Source: Lama guanicoe | Lineage: Eukaryota | Length of the DNA: 64,000 bases | Assembly (NCBI GenBank): GCA_013239625.1 | Contig: MU053810.1 | Coordinates: 1,437,518-1,501,517, forward strand | Direction: 5' to 3' | Shown here: piece after piece, positions 13,713-26,654 of the stretch | Numbering within the stretch: position 1 is the stretch's first letter | Layout of the letters: each line of letters starts with the position of its first letter | The notes under the pieces: generated by a model | The model's input: only the letters and a program-made list of their open reading frames with translations | Told to the model about the DNA's origin: nothing | Databases searched by the model: none | Position numbers and translations under genes: made by a program

Positions 13713-14070
13713 TTAAAAACAATTTTAAAAATTGTAAAAAAAACTGTCATTAACAGCCAGAGGACAAACATGAAGATGTAAAACAGGATATCAAATCACA
13801 AAGTGTGGGGGAGGGGAATAAAAATGTAGCTCTTTTAGAATATGTTTGAACTTATATGACAATCAGTCTATAAAAAGTAGATATAGTTATAGGTTAGCAT
13901 AACTGAAAACCAAGATAACCACAAATCAAAAACACACAAGAGACTCACAAAAACCAAAAAGAAAGGAACTCAAGCATAATACAAAAGAATACCATCAAAC
14001 CACAAAAGGAAAAACAAAGAGAGGAAGAAAGAAGAAGAACCATAAAATCAACTGGAAAACAAGGTTTAAA

Positions 14071-16632
14071 ATGGCAGTAAGTGCATACTTAATAATTACT
14101 TTAAATGTCAAGGGACTAAATACTCTGATCAGAAGACACAGAGTGGCAGATCAGATAACAAAACAAGAATGTACAATATGCTGCCTACAAGGGACTCACT
14201 TTAGGGCAAAGACACAGAAACTGAAATTCATTTTGCACCAAAGGATGGAGAGGATGGAAAAAGATATTTATGCAAATGGAAACAATTAGAAAGTGGGGGT
14301 AGCAGCACTCATATCAGACAAAATAGACTTTTAAAAAGAGTCCATACAGAAAGATAAAGAAGGACACTATATAGTGATAAAGGGGTCAATACAAGAAGAG
14401 GATATCACAGTTATTAATATATATGCACCCAATATAGGAGCACCTAAATATATAAAACAGATACTAATAGACATTACAAAGAAAGAGATAGGGATACAAT
14501 ATTAGTAGAAGCCTTTTACACCCCACTAACATCAATGGACAGGTCTTCAAGACAGAAAATCAGTAAAGTAGCAGCCTAAATGACACAATAGAACAGTTGG
14601 ACCTAATTGATATTTACAGGACACTACATCCAAGAAAAACAGAATACATACTCTTTTTAAGCACGCATGGAACATCTTCTGGGATAGACCACATGCCTGG
14701 ACACCAAACAAGCCTCAATATATTTAAGCAAACAGAAATTATTGCAAGAATCTTTTCTGACCACAGCAGTATGAAACTAGAAATCAAACACAGAAAGAAA
14801 AAAAGAAAAATGATTCCATGGAGTCTAAACAACATGCTAATAATAATAAGAAATAAGGTCAGTGGTGAAATCAAAGAAGAAATCAGAGAATACCTTTAAA
14901 AAAATGAAAACATAACTTTACAAAATCTATGGGATGCAGCAAAAGCAACACTAAGAGGGAAGTTCAAAATAACGGCTTCCTCAAGAAACAAAAAACATCT
15001 CAAATAATCTGACCTACCAACTAAAAGGATTAGAAAAAGAAAAAGCAAAACCCAAAGCCAACAGAAGGAAGGAAATAATAAAGATCAGAGAGAAAATAAA
15101 TAAGAGATCAAAAAGCAGTAGATAAGATCAATAAAACCAAGAGCTGTGTTTTTTAAAGAATAAGTAAAATAGACAAACCTCTGACCAAGCTCACCAAGAA
15201 GCAAAGAGAGAGGACTCAAATAAAATAAGAAATGAAAGAGGAGAAGTAACAGCTGATACCACAGAAATACTAAAGGTCATAAGAAACTACTGTGAACAGT
15301 TATGTGCGAACAAATTGGACAACCTAGAGGAAATGGACAAGTTTCTAGAAACATGAAGACTGCCAAAATTGAATCAAGAAGAAACATAATTTGAACAGAT
15401 TGATCGCTAGAAGTGAAAAAATCTGTAACAACAACAATAATTAAAAAAACAAAAACTCCATGTATACAAACGTTGAGAACTGGCTGGCTTCACTAGGGAG
15501 TTCTACCAAACATACAAAAAAGAACTTAAATCTATTCTTCTCAAACTATTCCAAAAGATTGAAGAGGAGGGAACATTCCCAAAGTCATTCCATGAAGCCA
15601 CTATCACCCTGATACCAATCCCAAAGGCACTACAAAAAAAGAAAATTACAGGCCAACATCTTTGATGAATATAGATGTAAAAGTCCTCAACAAAATTGTG
15701 GCAAACTGAATCCAACAATACATAAAAAGGATCATACCCCACCATGAAGATGGATTCCTTCCTGGGTGGGAGGGGTTGTTCAGCATATGCAAATCAATCA
15801 GTGGTGTTGGAAAAACTGGACAGTCACATGCAAAAGAATGAAACTGGACCACTATCTTATATCATACACAACAATTAACTGAAAATGGACTAAAGACTTG
15901 AATGTAAGACCCGAAACCATCAAACTTGTAGGAGAAAACACAGGTAGTACACTCCTTGACATCGGTGTTTGCAATTCTTTTGATTTGACACCAAAAGTAA
16001 TAATAAATAAGTTTGAGTACATCAAACTAAGAAGCTACTACATAGCGAAGAAAAGACGTATGGAATGGGAGGAAATAGTTTCAAATCATCCCTAACAAAG
16101 GATTAATGTCCAAACTATATAAGGAACTTACGCAGCTTAAAAGCAAATAAACCCCAAACAATTCAACTAAAAAATTGGCTGAGGATCTGAACAGACATTT
16201 TTCCAAAGAATACATACAGATGACCAACAGATATATGTAAAGATATTCAACATCATTAATCATCAGGGAAGTGCAAAAGAAAACTGCAGTGATATAAGTA
16301 TACATTTGTTAGCATGGTTATTATCAAAAACACAGGAAATAAAAATGTCAGCAAGGATGTGGAGAAAAGAGAACCCTTGTGCACTATTGGGAGGAAGATA
16401 AATTGGTGTGGCCACTCTATAAAACAGTATAGAGCTTCCTGAAAAAATTAAAAATAGAACTATCATATGATCCAAACACTCCACTACTGAGTATTTATCC
16501 AAAGAAAATGAAAACATTAACTCAGAAGGATACATGCATCACCATATTCATTGTAACGTTATTTACTAGGATATGAAAGTAAGTGTCCATTGACATATGA
16601 ATGGGTAAAGAAAAAAATATATATATATACAG

Positions 16633-16677
<45 letters not shown>

Positions 16678-16810
16678 AACGGAACATTACTCAGCCATAA
16701 AAAATAATGAAATCTTAACCATTCGCAACAACACAAATGGATCTTGAGGGTGTTATAAGTCAGACAGAGAAAGGCAAATACCGTATGATCTCAGTTATAG
16801 GTAGAATCTA
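14071..16810 (+). pseudogene. L1 ORF2p remnant (endonuclease, partial RT, C-terminus), disrupted
   Basis: Endonuclease motifs ITLNVKGLN, ICCLQGTH, DLIDIYRTLHP and FSDHSSMKLEI, plus later NVRPETIKL. Many stops and frameshifts, and the RT core is missing. Confidence 0.9.
16636..16678. repeat. (CA)n microsatellite within L1
   Basis: Direct observation. Confidence 0.95.
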
Positions 16811-18689
16811 AAAATAAAAAGCCAAAAAAACAAATCAACCAATCTCATAGACACAAATAACATACTTGTGGTTGTCAGAGGCAGAGGGTCACAGTTGGGC
16901 AAAATGGGTGAAAGGAATCAAAAAATACAAAATTAAAGTTAAAAAGTAAGTTTCAGTGATATAATACACAGTATGGTGACTATAGTTAATAATACCATTT
17001 TGCATATTTGAAAGTTGCTAGGAGAATAAATCTTAAAGATTCTTACCAGGAGAAAAAAACTTTATGGTGATGGGTGTTAACTAGACTTATTATTGTGGTA
17101 ATCACTTCACAATCTATGCAAATATTGAATCATGTTGTCCACTTGAAATTAATATAATGTTCTATCAATTATACTTCAATTTAAATATAAAATTTTTAAA
17201 CAAATAAGGCTGAAATGATTAATGAACTGGTCAAGTTTGTTCTGTATGTACAGTTGATTTATTTTATTGCACATTCAAACCATTAAACATATGAAATCTC
17301 CAAATTACGCACTTAGAAGCCATTACTAATTTTGTCACAGATCCCAAATTAGCCAGATTGACCCATGTTGTGAACTGGAAAGAAAAGGATATTGTTTCCT
17401 TTACTGTAATTCTACTGTTTTATTAGAGTGTCACAGTGGCTACTTTCCAATCTAGTTTTGAGAATAGATCTCTTTGTCAAGCTTGGTCAATTTGGGCAAA
17501 CCCTCTTCTTAAGCAGAACATAACTCAGTTATGAGGATGAAGATTCATTCCTTTTTGTAGGCCATCGAAAATTCAGAAGTTTAACTTAATGGACTCACCA
17601 AATAAAAATGTCTCAATTATAAAATTTTCTCAAGGTCTGTAACTTTTTAATACCATTGACATTCTAAATTGAATACCTGATGACACTATCAGTTTTTATT
17701 GAAACAATCATTTTGATTCATTTGAAAGAACAATTCTTTTACTTTGGTCAATCTGAATAGTCTAACACTTAAATTTTTAGATAATATAATTTACACGACA
17801 ACCATATGATATGAATTAATACCATTGAAAGCTGTACATTTTGAATTAATTCTGATAAAATATCTTAAGCAAATGTCTATAAGGCTTAACATGAGTATTT
17901 GTGCAATATTCAAAACAAACTTTTATTTCTTACACTTCACAGGAATACTAATTTGTATTACCTTTTCAGATAAATATATAAACAACATGGTTTATTAATT
18001 TCAGTGCTAAAAAATTTTAAAGAGTAGAAATAAGCAATAAACAGATGTCTGTCTGTTACACACACAATGAGAGGCTGTATTTATAATTAAAGGGCTATTT
18101 TCCAAGATAGAAATTATATATCTTTAAATTAATAAAAAAATGTGAATAATGAACTGCCCCACTTTTTTCCCTTCTCCATATTCTTTATTTTGCAACCATT
18201 TTTCTACCCCATATATGTTTAACATATTCTGATCAATGAAATTAGAAAATTTCTTACAAATATCTCTAAAAAGCCCTCAAAGTGAAAGTGTTGTTTTAGA
18301 ATCAAAAGGATTTAAGCTCTGACTGGTATGTTAGCTCATAACCAAGGAGGAACTATTGAATGAGATGGGCTTGTCCTCAACTTGGCCACTACATTCTAAA
18401 TTCTGAATTATAGCACCTCATTATATAGATGGATTTAATCTTAGAAGAATGTGCTTTACAATTTTTGATTAATGCTTTGTACTTTCTAATCTGACTAATA
18501 AAACTGCAGAAATTTACATACTAGAGAAGATTTTCTTAAAATTATGTCTTATTTTAGAGAGGTGTATTTTCTTTTAATTTTACTGTCATTTACCATGAAA
18601 ACTGATAGTAAAAAAATGAATTTATACACACATGAATGATAAAAGGTCTCTGTCATCCATTTATTCTAGGACACTGTTCGTAAAGTGTG

Positions 18690-18870
18690 GTTTTAGGATG
18701 ACTTGAGCCATTTAATCACCTAAAGAGCTTGTTTAAAAATTTCCACCCCAACTCAGACTCATTGAATCAGAGTCACCAGGCAAGGGTGTGGCTCAGAAAT
18801 ATGCATACAAAACAAGTATGGTTGGTGATACTGGTGGAGCTAATTCAGGGAGTGATCTTAAAGTGGCCCT
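18690..18870. mobile_element. MER5-like (hAT-Charlie) DNA transposon remnant
   Basis: AATCACCTAAAGAGCTTGTTTAAAAAT...ATTGAATCAGAGTC...AGAAATATGCAT resembles MER5. Confidence 0.5.
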
Positions 18871-18889
18871 GATTTAGGGGCTATTATTA

Positions 18890-19050
18890 CATTTTTTTAA
18901 GATGTGTTCTAACCAGTACAGTTGATTACAAAGTGTCAATCTCTAGTTCACAGCACAGTGTCCCAGTCATGCATATACATACACACTTGTTTTCATATTT
19001 TTGCCCATTAAAGGTTATTACAAGATATTGAACATAGATCCCTGTGCAGC
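18890..19050 (-). mobile_element. 5'-truncated artiodactyl-type L1 3' end
   Basis: Poly-T followed by CAGTTGATTACAAAGTGTC...AGGTTATTACAAGATATTGAACATAG. Confidence 0.75.
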
Positions 19051-21522
19051 TTCTTTTTTAAAGTACACTTTGATGTCAAATGTGTATCTAGTGTATGTTT
19101 CGTGAGGCTTCTTTTTAAATTGATCATTTGTGGAACTACCCATAATGATGGCAATAATTACGGATTTTAAAATATCACTAACTTAGTCCAATTCCTGTGT
19201 TGATAGTAGGCCAAAGCTACTCAGATGTTGACTGGAGCACACACTTCAGTGACAACACTGGATTAGCCATTATACAATGCTAATATTTTCTGCTTCATTT
19301 CATGTCCTCCTTAACATAAAATTCCACTTCTCATGAAGATTCTGATATGACCCCTGCCAGTGTGTGCCCTCTGCACCTCAGCCCCAGTTACATATCATCT
19401 CTTTAATATTCCCATTAGCTGAGAAGATTTTTTTTTTCAGTTTGTTTTAAGAAGTAGACTTTTGGTTCCCAAATACAAAATTATAACATCCATTTTTTTC
19501 TACACAACCTCCTTTTCCCCTAGACATCCCCCCCACAGCCCTGCAAGAAATACGAACATGCTCATCCTGTTGAGAATCACATTGCTATTAAATACTATGT
19601 TTCAAATGAAAATTCAGATAATTGAACATGCCATTATTAATCTTGCCATTATTAATCTTTCAAGTTGTCATTATTAATCTAAGACCCAACTTAATCTACA
19701 AGATGACTCCAGAAGCCATGACTTTAGTTCACAATGCTAGGATTCTCAGGTATCACTTGAAATTAAGAAAGATCACCATATGGTTTTAACTCCGTGACTG
19801 TCTTTTGATGATATTTTCTATGTATATCTGTCTTCTATCTGAAATCACTGTTCGGTGTTGTCTCCAGAAGCTCTCTGAATACTATTTGACATGTCAGCTT
19901 TCCATGGTCATTGTTTGCTGGTATACATCTTTATTTTTGACTATGCTCCATCCTCACAGCTCCTTTAGTACCATCTTAGTCTTTAAAATGCAACCTCTTA
20001 ATTTTTATCATTCAATGCGTGGACTTCCTTGCTCCTTCTCGTTCTCTACCTCCACGTTTAGCTACTACCAAGGAAACTATCATGTGTGTCATCTATCCTG
20101 TAAACATTTGAATTTTGATCTTGGTTGACCTTTACCAGGTAAATTCAAAAGTTAATCTTCAATCCCTTTCAATCCCTATAAAGTCTATCTCTTTTATGTT
20201 TCAGTCTGCCCCAAAGAAAATGTAAATGGTCTTTTTAGGAGTGCAGAACATTCAGTAGTTCATAAAACAAGAAAAAGTAGCTAATGATCATCTAAATCCA
20301 AAAACATTAGAAATCTTACTCCTAGGTGTCACAGGACTCAGGCGTTATGGAATATTTACAAGTTATATAATGACAATATTTCTTATTTGGGAGGCTGCTT
20401 ATTTTATTGAAGGTCCCAAATAGATAACAGAAATCCAAAGACATGAAAAGCATGAAGGATAAGAAATAGAAAAGTGAACTGCAACTAAAATATTACAAAA
20501 CTTGATATGAGAAAGTTACAGAGATATTTTGAAAGTGACATATCAGGAAGAGAAAGTAGCAAACAGCTAAACTACTGAGGCAGTACCGAAAAGCCAGTAA
20601 GGAGAAAGATTGCCCTAAAAATGATGTATGATTTAATCAGGACAACTAGAATTAAATCAGAAGGAGAGAACGCACACAGGTAGTAAAATGTGTCAGACCA
20701 AGTTCTGTAGAGCTAGGAAAAAAAGGGGTTATTGGATTCTTTAATAATAAATGAAATCCTCTAAATATTAAAAAGAACAAATAGACTTTCCCAGCTATGT
20801 GCAAAAGGCATTCACCAACAATAGCACATTAGTGTTCATTAAAATTTTTTTGATGCTCTCTAAAATTTTAAAGCTTTCATTTGTTTTTAATATACAGATT
20901 ATACTGTAATTTCTCTGTCATTTTAAGTAGGTCACAGAATACGTAAATTTGAATGCTCCTTTATTTTTCTTCAGACTTTCAATAACACTGCATATTTCAA
21001 GGAATCAGCCACAGATAATACCGATGTTCTACTGCAGAAGTGCAATGGCAACAAAACTGTAAATTCTTTACTCTGGAAAACTCAACAGGATTCTGCAGGA
21101 AATTTCAAAGTGTGCACTATTACTTGAAAACTGCTTTTGTTGCTCTTGTAGTTTATGTCATAGTACTTACATCAATGTAATATTATCCTATTTATTTCCA
21201 TGATATATCCTTCACACTTTCCTGTTTAATAGGATATTTTTAGATATAATCTTAAAATATATACTGGTGATTGTATGTTTCTGTTGACAGTCTTTTTTTC
21301 TGAAATACTTTCAGTAGGATTATAAACTAAAAGGTTATTTTAGACTTGTCCTGGGAACTTCTTATGATATTAATATACCTTATAACATATCCCAATATAT
21401 TTGCTTTAGGAACATTTGTTCTAGGTTAATAATTAAAAATGGCAGAATTGGTCCTTTGTAACACAGGATTGTGCATCTTCCTCTCCTTAGTGATGCTGGC
21501 TAGATCCACCTGGTTTTATTAT

Positions 21523-21702
21523 AAGCAGATGCAAACTACTATATATAAAATAGATTAACAATAACCTCCTAATGTATAGCACATTCATTATCTTGTAATA
21601 ACACAATGAAGAGAATGAAAAAATATAGATGTAACTTAATCACTGTGCTGTACACCAGAAACGGACATTGTAAATCAACCATACTTTAATAAAAATAAAA
21701 AA
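21523..21702 (+). mobile_element. 5'-truncated artiodactyl-type L1 3' end
   Basis: GCAGATGCAAACTACTATATATAAAATAGA...GCTGTACACCAGAAAC...GTAAATCAACCATACTTTAATAAAAATAAAAA. Confidence 0.8.
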
Positions 21703-22919
21703 GACACATGGTGAAAAGAAGTCATACCCAATCTGACCGTGCTATTTCCATCAACTCTATTTGAAAGTTACTTTAAACTTCTTTTCCACTAAAATGGGGA
21801 CTGCTCATTAGATTACTCTGAACTAGTTTCCTCTGTATTTGTTTACTAATCTCAGTATAATAGAATTTATCCCATATTTACTTAACAGAACAGGGAACAG
21901 AAATACTGTCTTTTACTTTGAAATGTGAAACTTGATCTGCTGAGGGTTCATGTGAATATGATCTTAAGTTTGGGGTTTATCTTTTCATTCTGACCAAAAC
22001 AAGGGCACACTTAAGGATCCCTGAGATGACTGTGGATGACATTAGCCTGTTTATGTGGGCGTGTGGAAACTTGCTGAAGCCATCAAGTTTCAGTTGACTG
22101 TACAGCCCAGTTTTCACCACACCCTTTGACTTCAAGATTTTGCATCACATTGCATAAGCAATCTTGCCTCTTGTATACGTTGATTTTAATCATCCACATC
22201 CCATGTGAGGGTTGACCTTCATTCCTTAGTGAAAGTTCCTGCACTCATGGAAACCTTTAAAATTTCTCAAATTTAAGTAGTGTACATATGTAATTATATT
22301 GATACTAATTTTTCTTCCTAGGAATAATACGTTGTTTATAGTAAATCAACTGTATGGTAAATCAACTCTGTGGAATTTTCTTATTGAAGAAAATGAAAGA
22401 GAAACTAGAAATGGAAATACAATCTCTTATTAGAAAAAAAAATTGTATTCAAGGAAGCAAAGGAGACCTTTGGGGGAAGCCAGATTACCAGGGAATTCTG
22501 AAACAAGTGACAGTGAAGCCTAGGTTAGAATAAGGGCTAAACTAATAAGGATACAAAACAAAATACACCTATTGCAAAAATCAGTGCCATAAAAATCAGC
22601 GCCATGAAGAATATGTTAGCAAGTCGTCTTCCCAAGTTTTGGTGTATGTTCTGCTTTATGGATCTTTATGGATTTTACACTGTATATTAACATGAAATAA
22701 AAAATCAGGTTAAATTTCATCCAGCATTCAGTATTCTATCCATGTCCAGGCAACAGAAAAAAAACTTAGTTTTATCTACATACTAACCATGCAAATAAAT
22801 ATAAATCCCTTAGGACACAGGCATGTGTTAATATCTTTTTTTCACTTGCTGATATTTTCTTTTACAGCTCATTTATTCATCCTCACATGGACTAGTTACA
22901 TATTACTGTCCTTATTGAA

Positions 22920-23670
22920 GTAGTCTCAAATGTATGTCAGTGGACAGATGGATAAACAAATGATAGATAAATAGATCATAATTTTAGTTATTATTCAGCC
23001 TTACAAAGGAATGAACTTGATATATATTATAACATGCATAAACCTTGAAGACAATATGCTAAGTGAACAATAAGCCAGACAGAAGGACAAATGTTGTATG
23101 ATTCTACTTATGAGGTACCTACAACAGTCAAATTCAAAGACATCAAGTAGAATAGTGGTCACCAGGGGCTGGGGGGAAGGGGTGGAGAAGGAATAATGGG
23201 GAATTATCTTAAAAATAGAGTTCTAGTTTTTGATGAAAAAGTTCTGAATATGGATAATGACGCTGGCTGTACAACAGTGCATATACTTTTAAGAATGGGT
23301 CACAAGTGAACTTATTTACATAACAGAAACAGACTCAGAGACATAGAGAACAAACTTATGGTTACCAGGGGGTAAAGAAGGTGGGAAAGGACAAACTGGG
23401 AATTCAAAATTTGCATTTCTTGGGGAGTGATGGAAATGTTAGCTATCTTGATTATGGTAGTGATTTCACTGGTGTATGTACATCTATCAAAAGTTATCAG
23501 ATTGTACATTTGAAGTATGTGTAGTTTACTGTACAGGAATCATACCCCAGTAAAAGTGTTAAAAGACCTTAATCAAAAAAATAATGAATATACTTAATGC
23601 CAATGATTTGTACACTTAAATGGTTAAAATGGAAAATTTTATTGTATGAACGTTATATTACAATTTTTAC
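22920..23670 (+). mobile_element. L1MB-like 3' UTR containing a nested chimeric L1 insert (23289-23584)
   Basis: L1MB motifs AACCTTGAAGACAATATGCTAAGTGAA and GATGAAAAAGTTCTG. The host resumes at TACTTAATGCC...GTACACTTAAATGGTTAAAATGG. Confidence 0.75.
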
Positions 23671-24479
23671 CAAAGGAAGTTAGAGACCTTGAAACAGCTT
23701 CAGTCCATTTGGGATGTTAGTGTCACTTCAGGGACATGGTGAAATCCAATAGAAAGGATGTTGAGAAGCACGGAATAATTGGATGAGATATGAGATCACT
23801 ATCAATTAACACTAAAATAGTTGCCTGATGTAATTGATCATTTTAATGACTTTTCTAAGTCAATATTTGCATATAAAGACATTTAAGGAAAATTCTACTT
23901 TAAAGAAATGTGCAGAAAATTATACTGCATTCTTTATCTGTTTACTTGTTGAAACTGGACAGATGTGAATCAGCTGAAACAGTTTTGTTTACAGAGATAA
24001 CTAGAATAAGTCAAGTGAGAAATTTAGTTGAATTATATGCTGAGATTTCTAATAACACAAGTCAACTTTCATGTATGTAGTTTATTTATATTTTAAAGAT
24101 TAAAAGTGAATAACTATTTTAAAATTACGCAAGAGTGGGCTGAGCAATAGATGACAAAGCACTTTAAGTTAAGAGCAGGCTTCATGAAGTTAATGAGTTT
24201 AAAGATATAATTATTTTATGCTATGACATTAAATTTTTAAAAGTCAGGTATATTAAAGGTAAGAGAGCCAGTGTATTTTGTCAGTCTCAACTTCTTTATA
24301 TCAAATTATACAAATGTCATCCTATTCTCTTCTCCCATATTTTCAAATAAGTTAACCTAAAAATTAAATTTGATATTTTAAACTCTACATATTTTTCTGC
24401 CCGAGATACTTTAATTCTTTCAGACTAATTTATTTATTACCCTCCTTAGTCTTCAAAGTTTTCATACTGTTTAAAAAAA

Positions 24480-25527
24480 ATGCAGGTGTGGATGTCAGCA
24501 AAAATAGAGGAAGGGCCTCCAAAAATTTGTTCTTCCATAAAAGCAACTGGCACAAATTATAAAATAAAAGCAACTGGCAGAATTATAAGAATATTTTCAG
24601 AATTCTGGAAATTAACCAAAAGCTTGCAACCACCCAAGGAGTGTTATGTAAGAAAAATGGTTGACTCTCAAGAACAGTGAGCTATTTGGCATTTTATAAT
24701 GTTCTAGTTCTAGCCCTTGCTCTCCAAATCACTAGTAGCTTTCATTTCAACATTCTGCATTCCTAGTGCAGCATGGTAGCCACTGAAGTGAGCAAATAGA
24801 GCTGAATCTCTTTCAGAGCCTATTTCCAAAATATGGTCATTATTTTACCTGTCTAAATAGACACACTTTCAAGGCTGACTTGGAACACATCAAGTACTAA
24901 AAGCCTTCCTTATAGTGGGGTGGAAGGCAGGTGAGGGGGCATATTTGTTGCAAACATTTTGAGTCAAGTGCTTTTTCTCTGCAGCTGCCTGGGGAGGTTG
25001 ATAATATTAGGGAAAACAAGAGAGTAACCAAAAATCTTTAAAATAGAAAACCTGGAGAATGAGATGCCTATAGTGGCTTTGAAAGACTCAGACATATTGC
25101 AGGGACTCTAGAAGGCCACATACATGTGTAGAGCTATGTGCCTGCTGAAAGACCGTACGAGACTATAATGGCTCATGTATGGCTGACCATAGGGCTGTGC
25201 ACAAGCAGCAAGTGGAGACTTAAGGTGGGCATCCAAACTATCAAGCTTAACATTGAAGGTATACAGCAGACATACAAGCCCCTCAGCAAAGACAGAAAAG
25301 TTCTGGACCCTTTAAGGAAATCTGATTATTAACAATTGCTAGGCTAACCAGGTAGAGACTTAAGTGGCCACACATGACAAAGAATACAGATCTCACCCAG
25401 TGTTCAGGAAAAACCACTCAAGAGCAATGGCTATAGCAGATAACAGCAACAACAAACCCTGAGGAGGGGCTATAATCTGAGTTACAAGGTTGTCACATTA
25501 TTTAAAATGTTCAGTTTGCAATATATG

Positions 25528-25562
<35 letters not shown>

Positions 25563-25875
25563 TATGTCTAGATACATATATATGACATGTAAGGTAGTGA
25601 GAAAGAATAGCCAATGCATGGGGGAAAAGCAATCAACAGAAATAAGCTGAGGAAGGTCAGCTATTTTACTACATGAAAGCTTTAAGTCAGCTGTTTTAAA
25701 TAATGTTCAAAGAGCTAAAGGAAACTATGCCCAACAGAGTTTAAAAATGATGAAAACAGTATCTCACGAAAGTGTTGATACAGAAATATAAATTATAAAA
25801 GGGAACCAAATAAAAATTCCAGAGTTGGAAAGTGTAATAACTGAAAAATTTACTAGAGGGGTTCACCAAACAATC
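24480..25875 (+). mobile_element. Old L1M 5' UTR / ORF1 remnant
   Basis: CTTCCATAAAAGCAAC near the start. ORF1-like AATGTTCAAAGAGCTAAAGGAAAC...AAAGGGAACCAAATAAAAATTCCAGAGTTGGAAAG...TACTAGAGGGGTTCA. Confidence 0.65.
25530..25559. repeat. (CA)n microsatellite
   Basis: Direct observation. Confidence 0.95.
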
Positions 25876-25879
25876 CTCA

Positions 25880-26620
25880 GCAAATTTTAAAATGTTGAAA
25901 TCCTTTTCTGACCACATTGGTATGAATCAACAATAGAAGGACAACTGGAAAATTAACAAAATGTGGAAATAACACACTCCTGACCAACCAATAGATCAAA
26001 GAAGAAATCAAAAGATTTATCCTGAAACAAATGAAAACCGAAACAATACACCAAAATTCATGGGATGCAGGAAAAGCAGTTCTATGAAGGAAGTTTATAG
26101 TGATAAGTGCCTCTGTTAACAAGACCTTAAACAACCCATCTTTATACTTTCAAGAACTAGAAAAGAAGGAACTAGAAAAGGAAGAAAAACTAAGTCTGGT
26201 TAGTAGAAGTAACAAAGATCAGAGCAAATATAAATAGAAAATGGAAAAGATCAATGAAACTAACACTTTTTTGCAAAAATAAACTAAATTGACAAACCTT
26301 TAGCTAGATTTATCAAGAAAAAGAGGGCTTAAAAATTTATAAGTCAAAAAAGACATTGCAGTTGATACCACAGCAATCAAGTGATAAGAGACAACTATGA
26401 GTAACTGTACACCAGTACCTTAGACAGTCTAGAAGAAATGGATAAATTCCTAGACACTTATAGCTTACCAAGCCTGAATCATGAACAAAATCTAAACAGA
26501 TCAACAAGAGATTGGATCCTTAATCAAAAACCTCACAACAAAAAAGCCCATAACCAGATGGTTTCACAGGTGATTTCTACTAAACATTAAAAGAATTAAA
26601 TAGAAATTCTCAAACTCTTC

Positions 26621-26654
<34 letters not shown>

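Larger units (their letters stand above)
11355..17200 (+). mobile_element. Near full-length decayed LINE-1 (laurasiatherian/artiodactyl type, L1MA9-like 3' UTR) with internal ORF2 deletion
   Basis: 5' UTR begins CAAGATCAAGACAGCAGAGTAGAAGGAC. ORF1 and ORF2 remnants follow, and the 3' UTR ends TCAATTATACTTCAATTTAAA. No convincing TSD. Confidence 0.92.

Noticed and set aside
20380..20830. A-rich purine-biased stretch, possibly an ancient L1/HAL1 ORF1
   Set aside because: Too decayed to assign by eye.
21523..23415. L1 3' UTR pieces at 21523-21702 and ~23300-23415 look like complementary halves of one element
   Set aside because: They are in the wrong order on the same strand and appear to differ in subfamily, so coincidence is more parsimonious.
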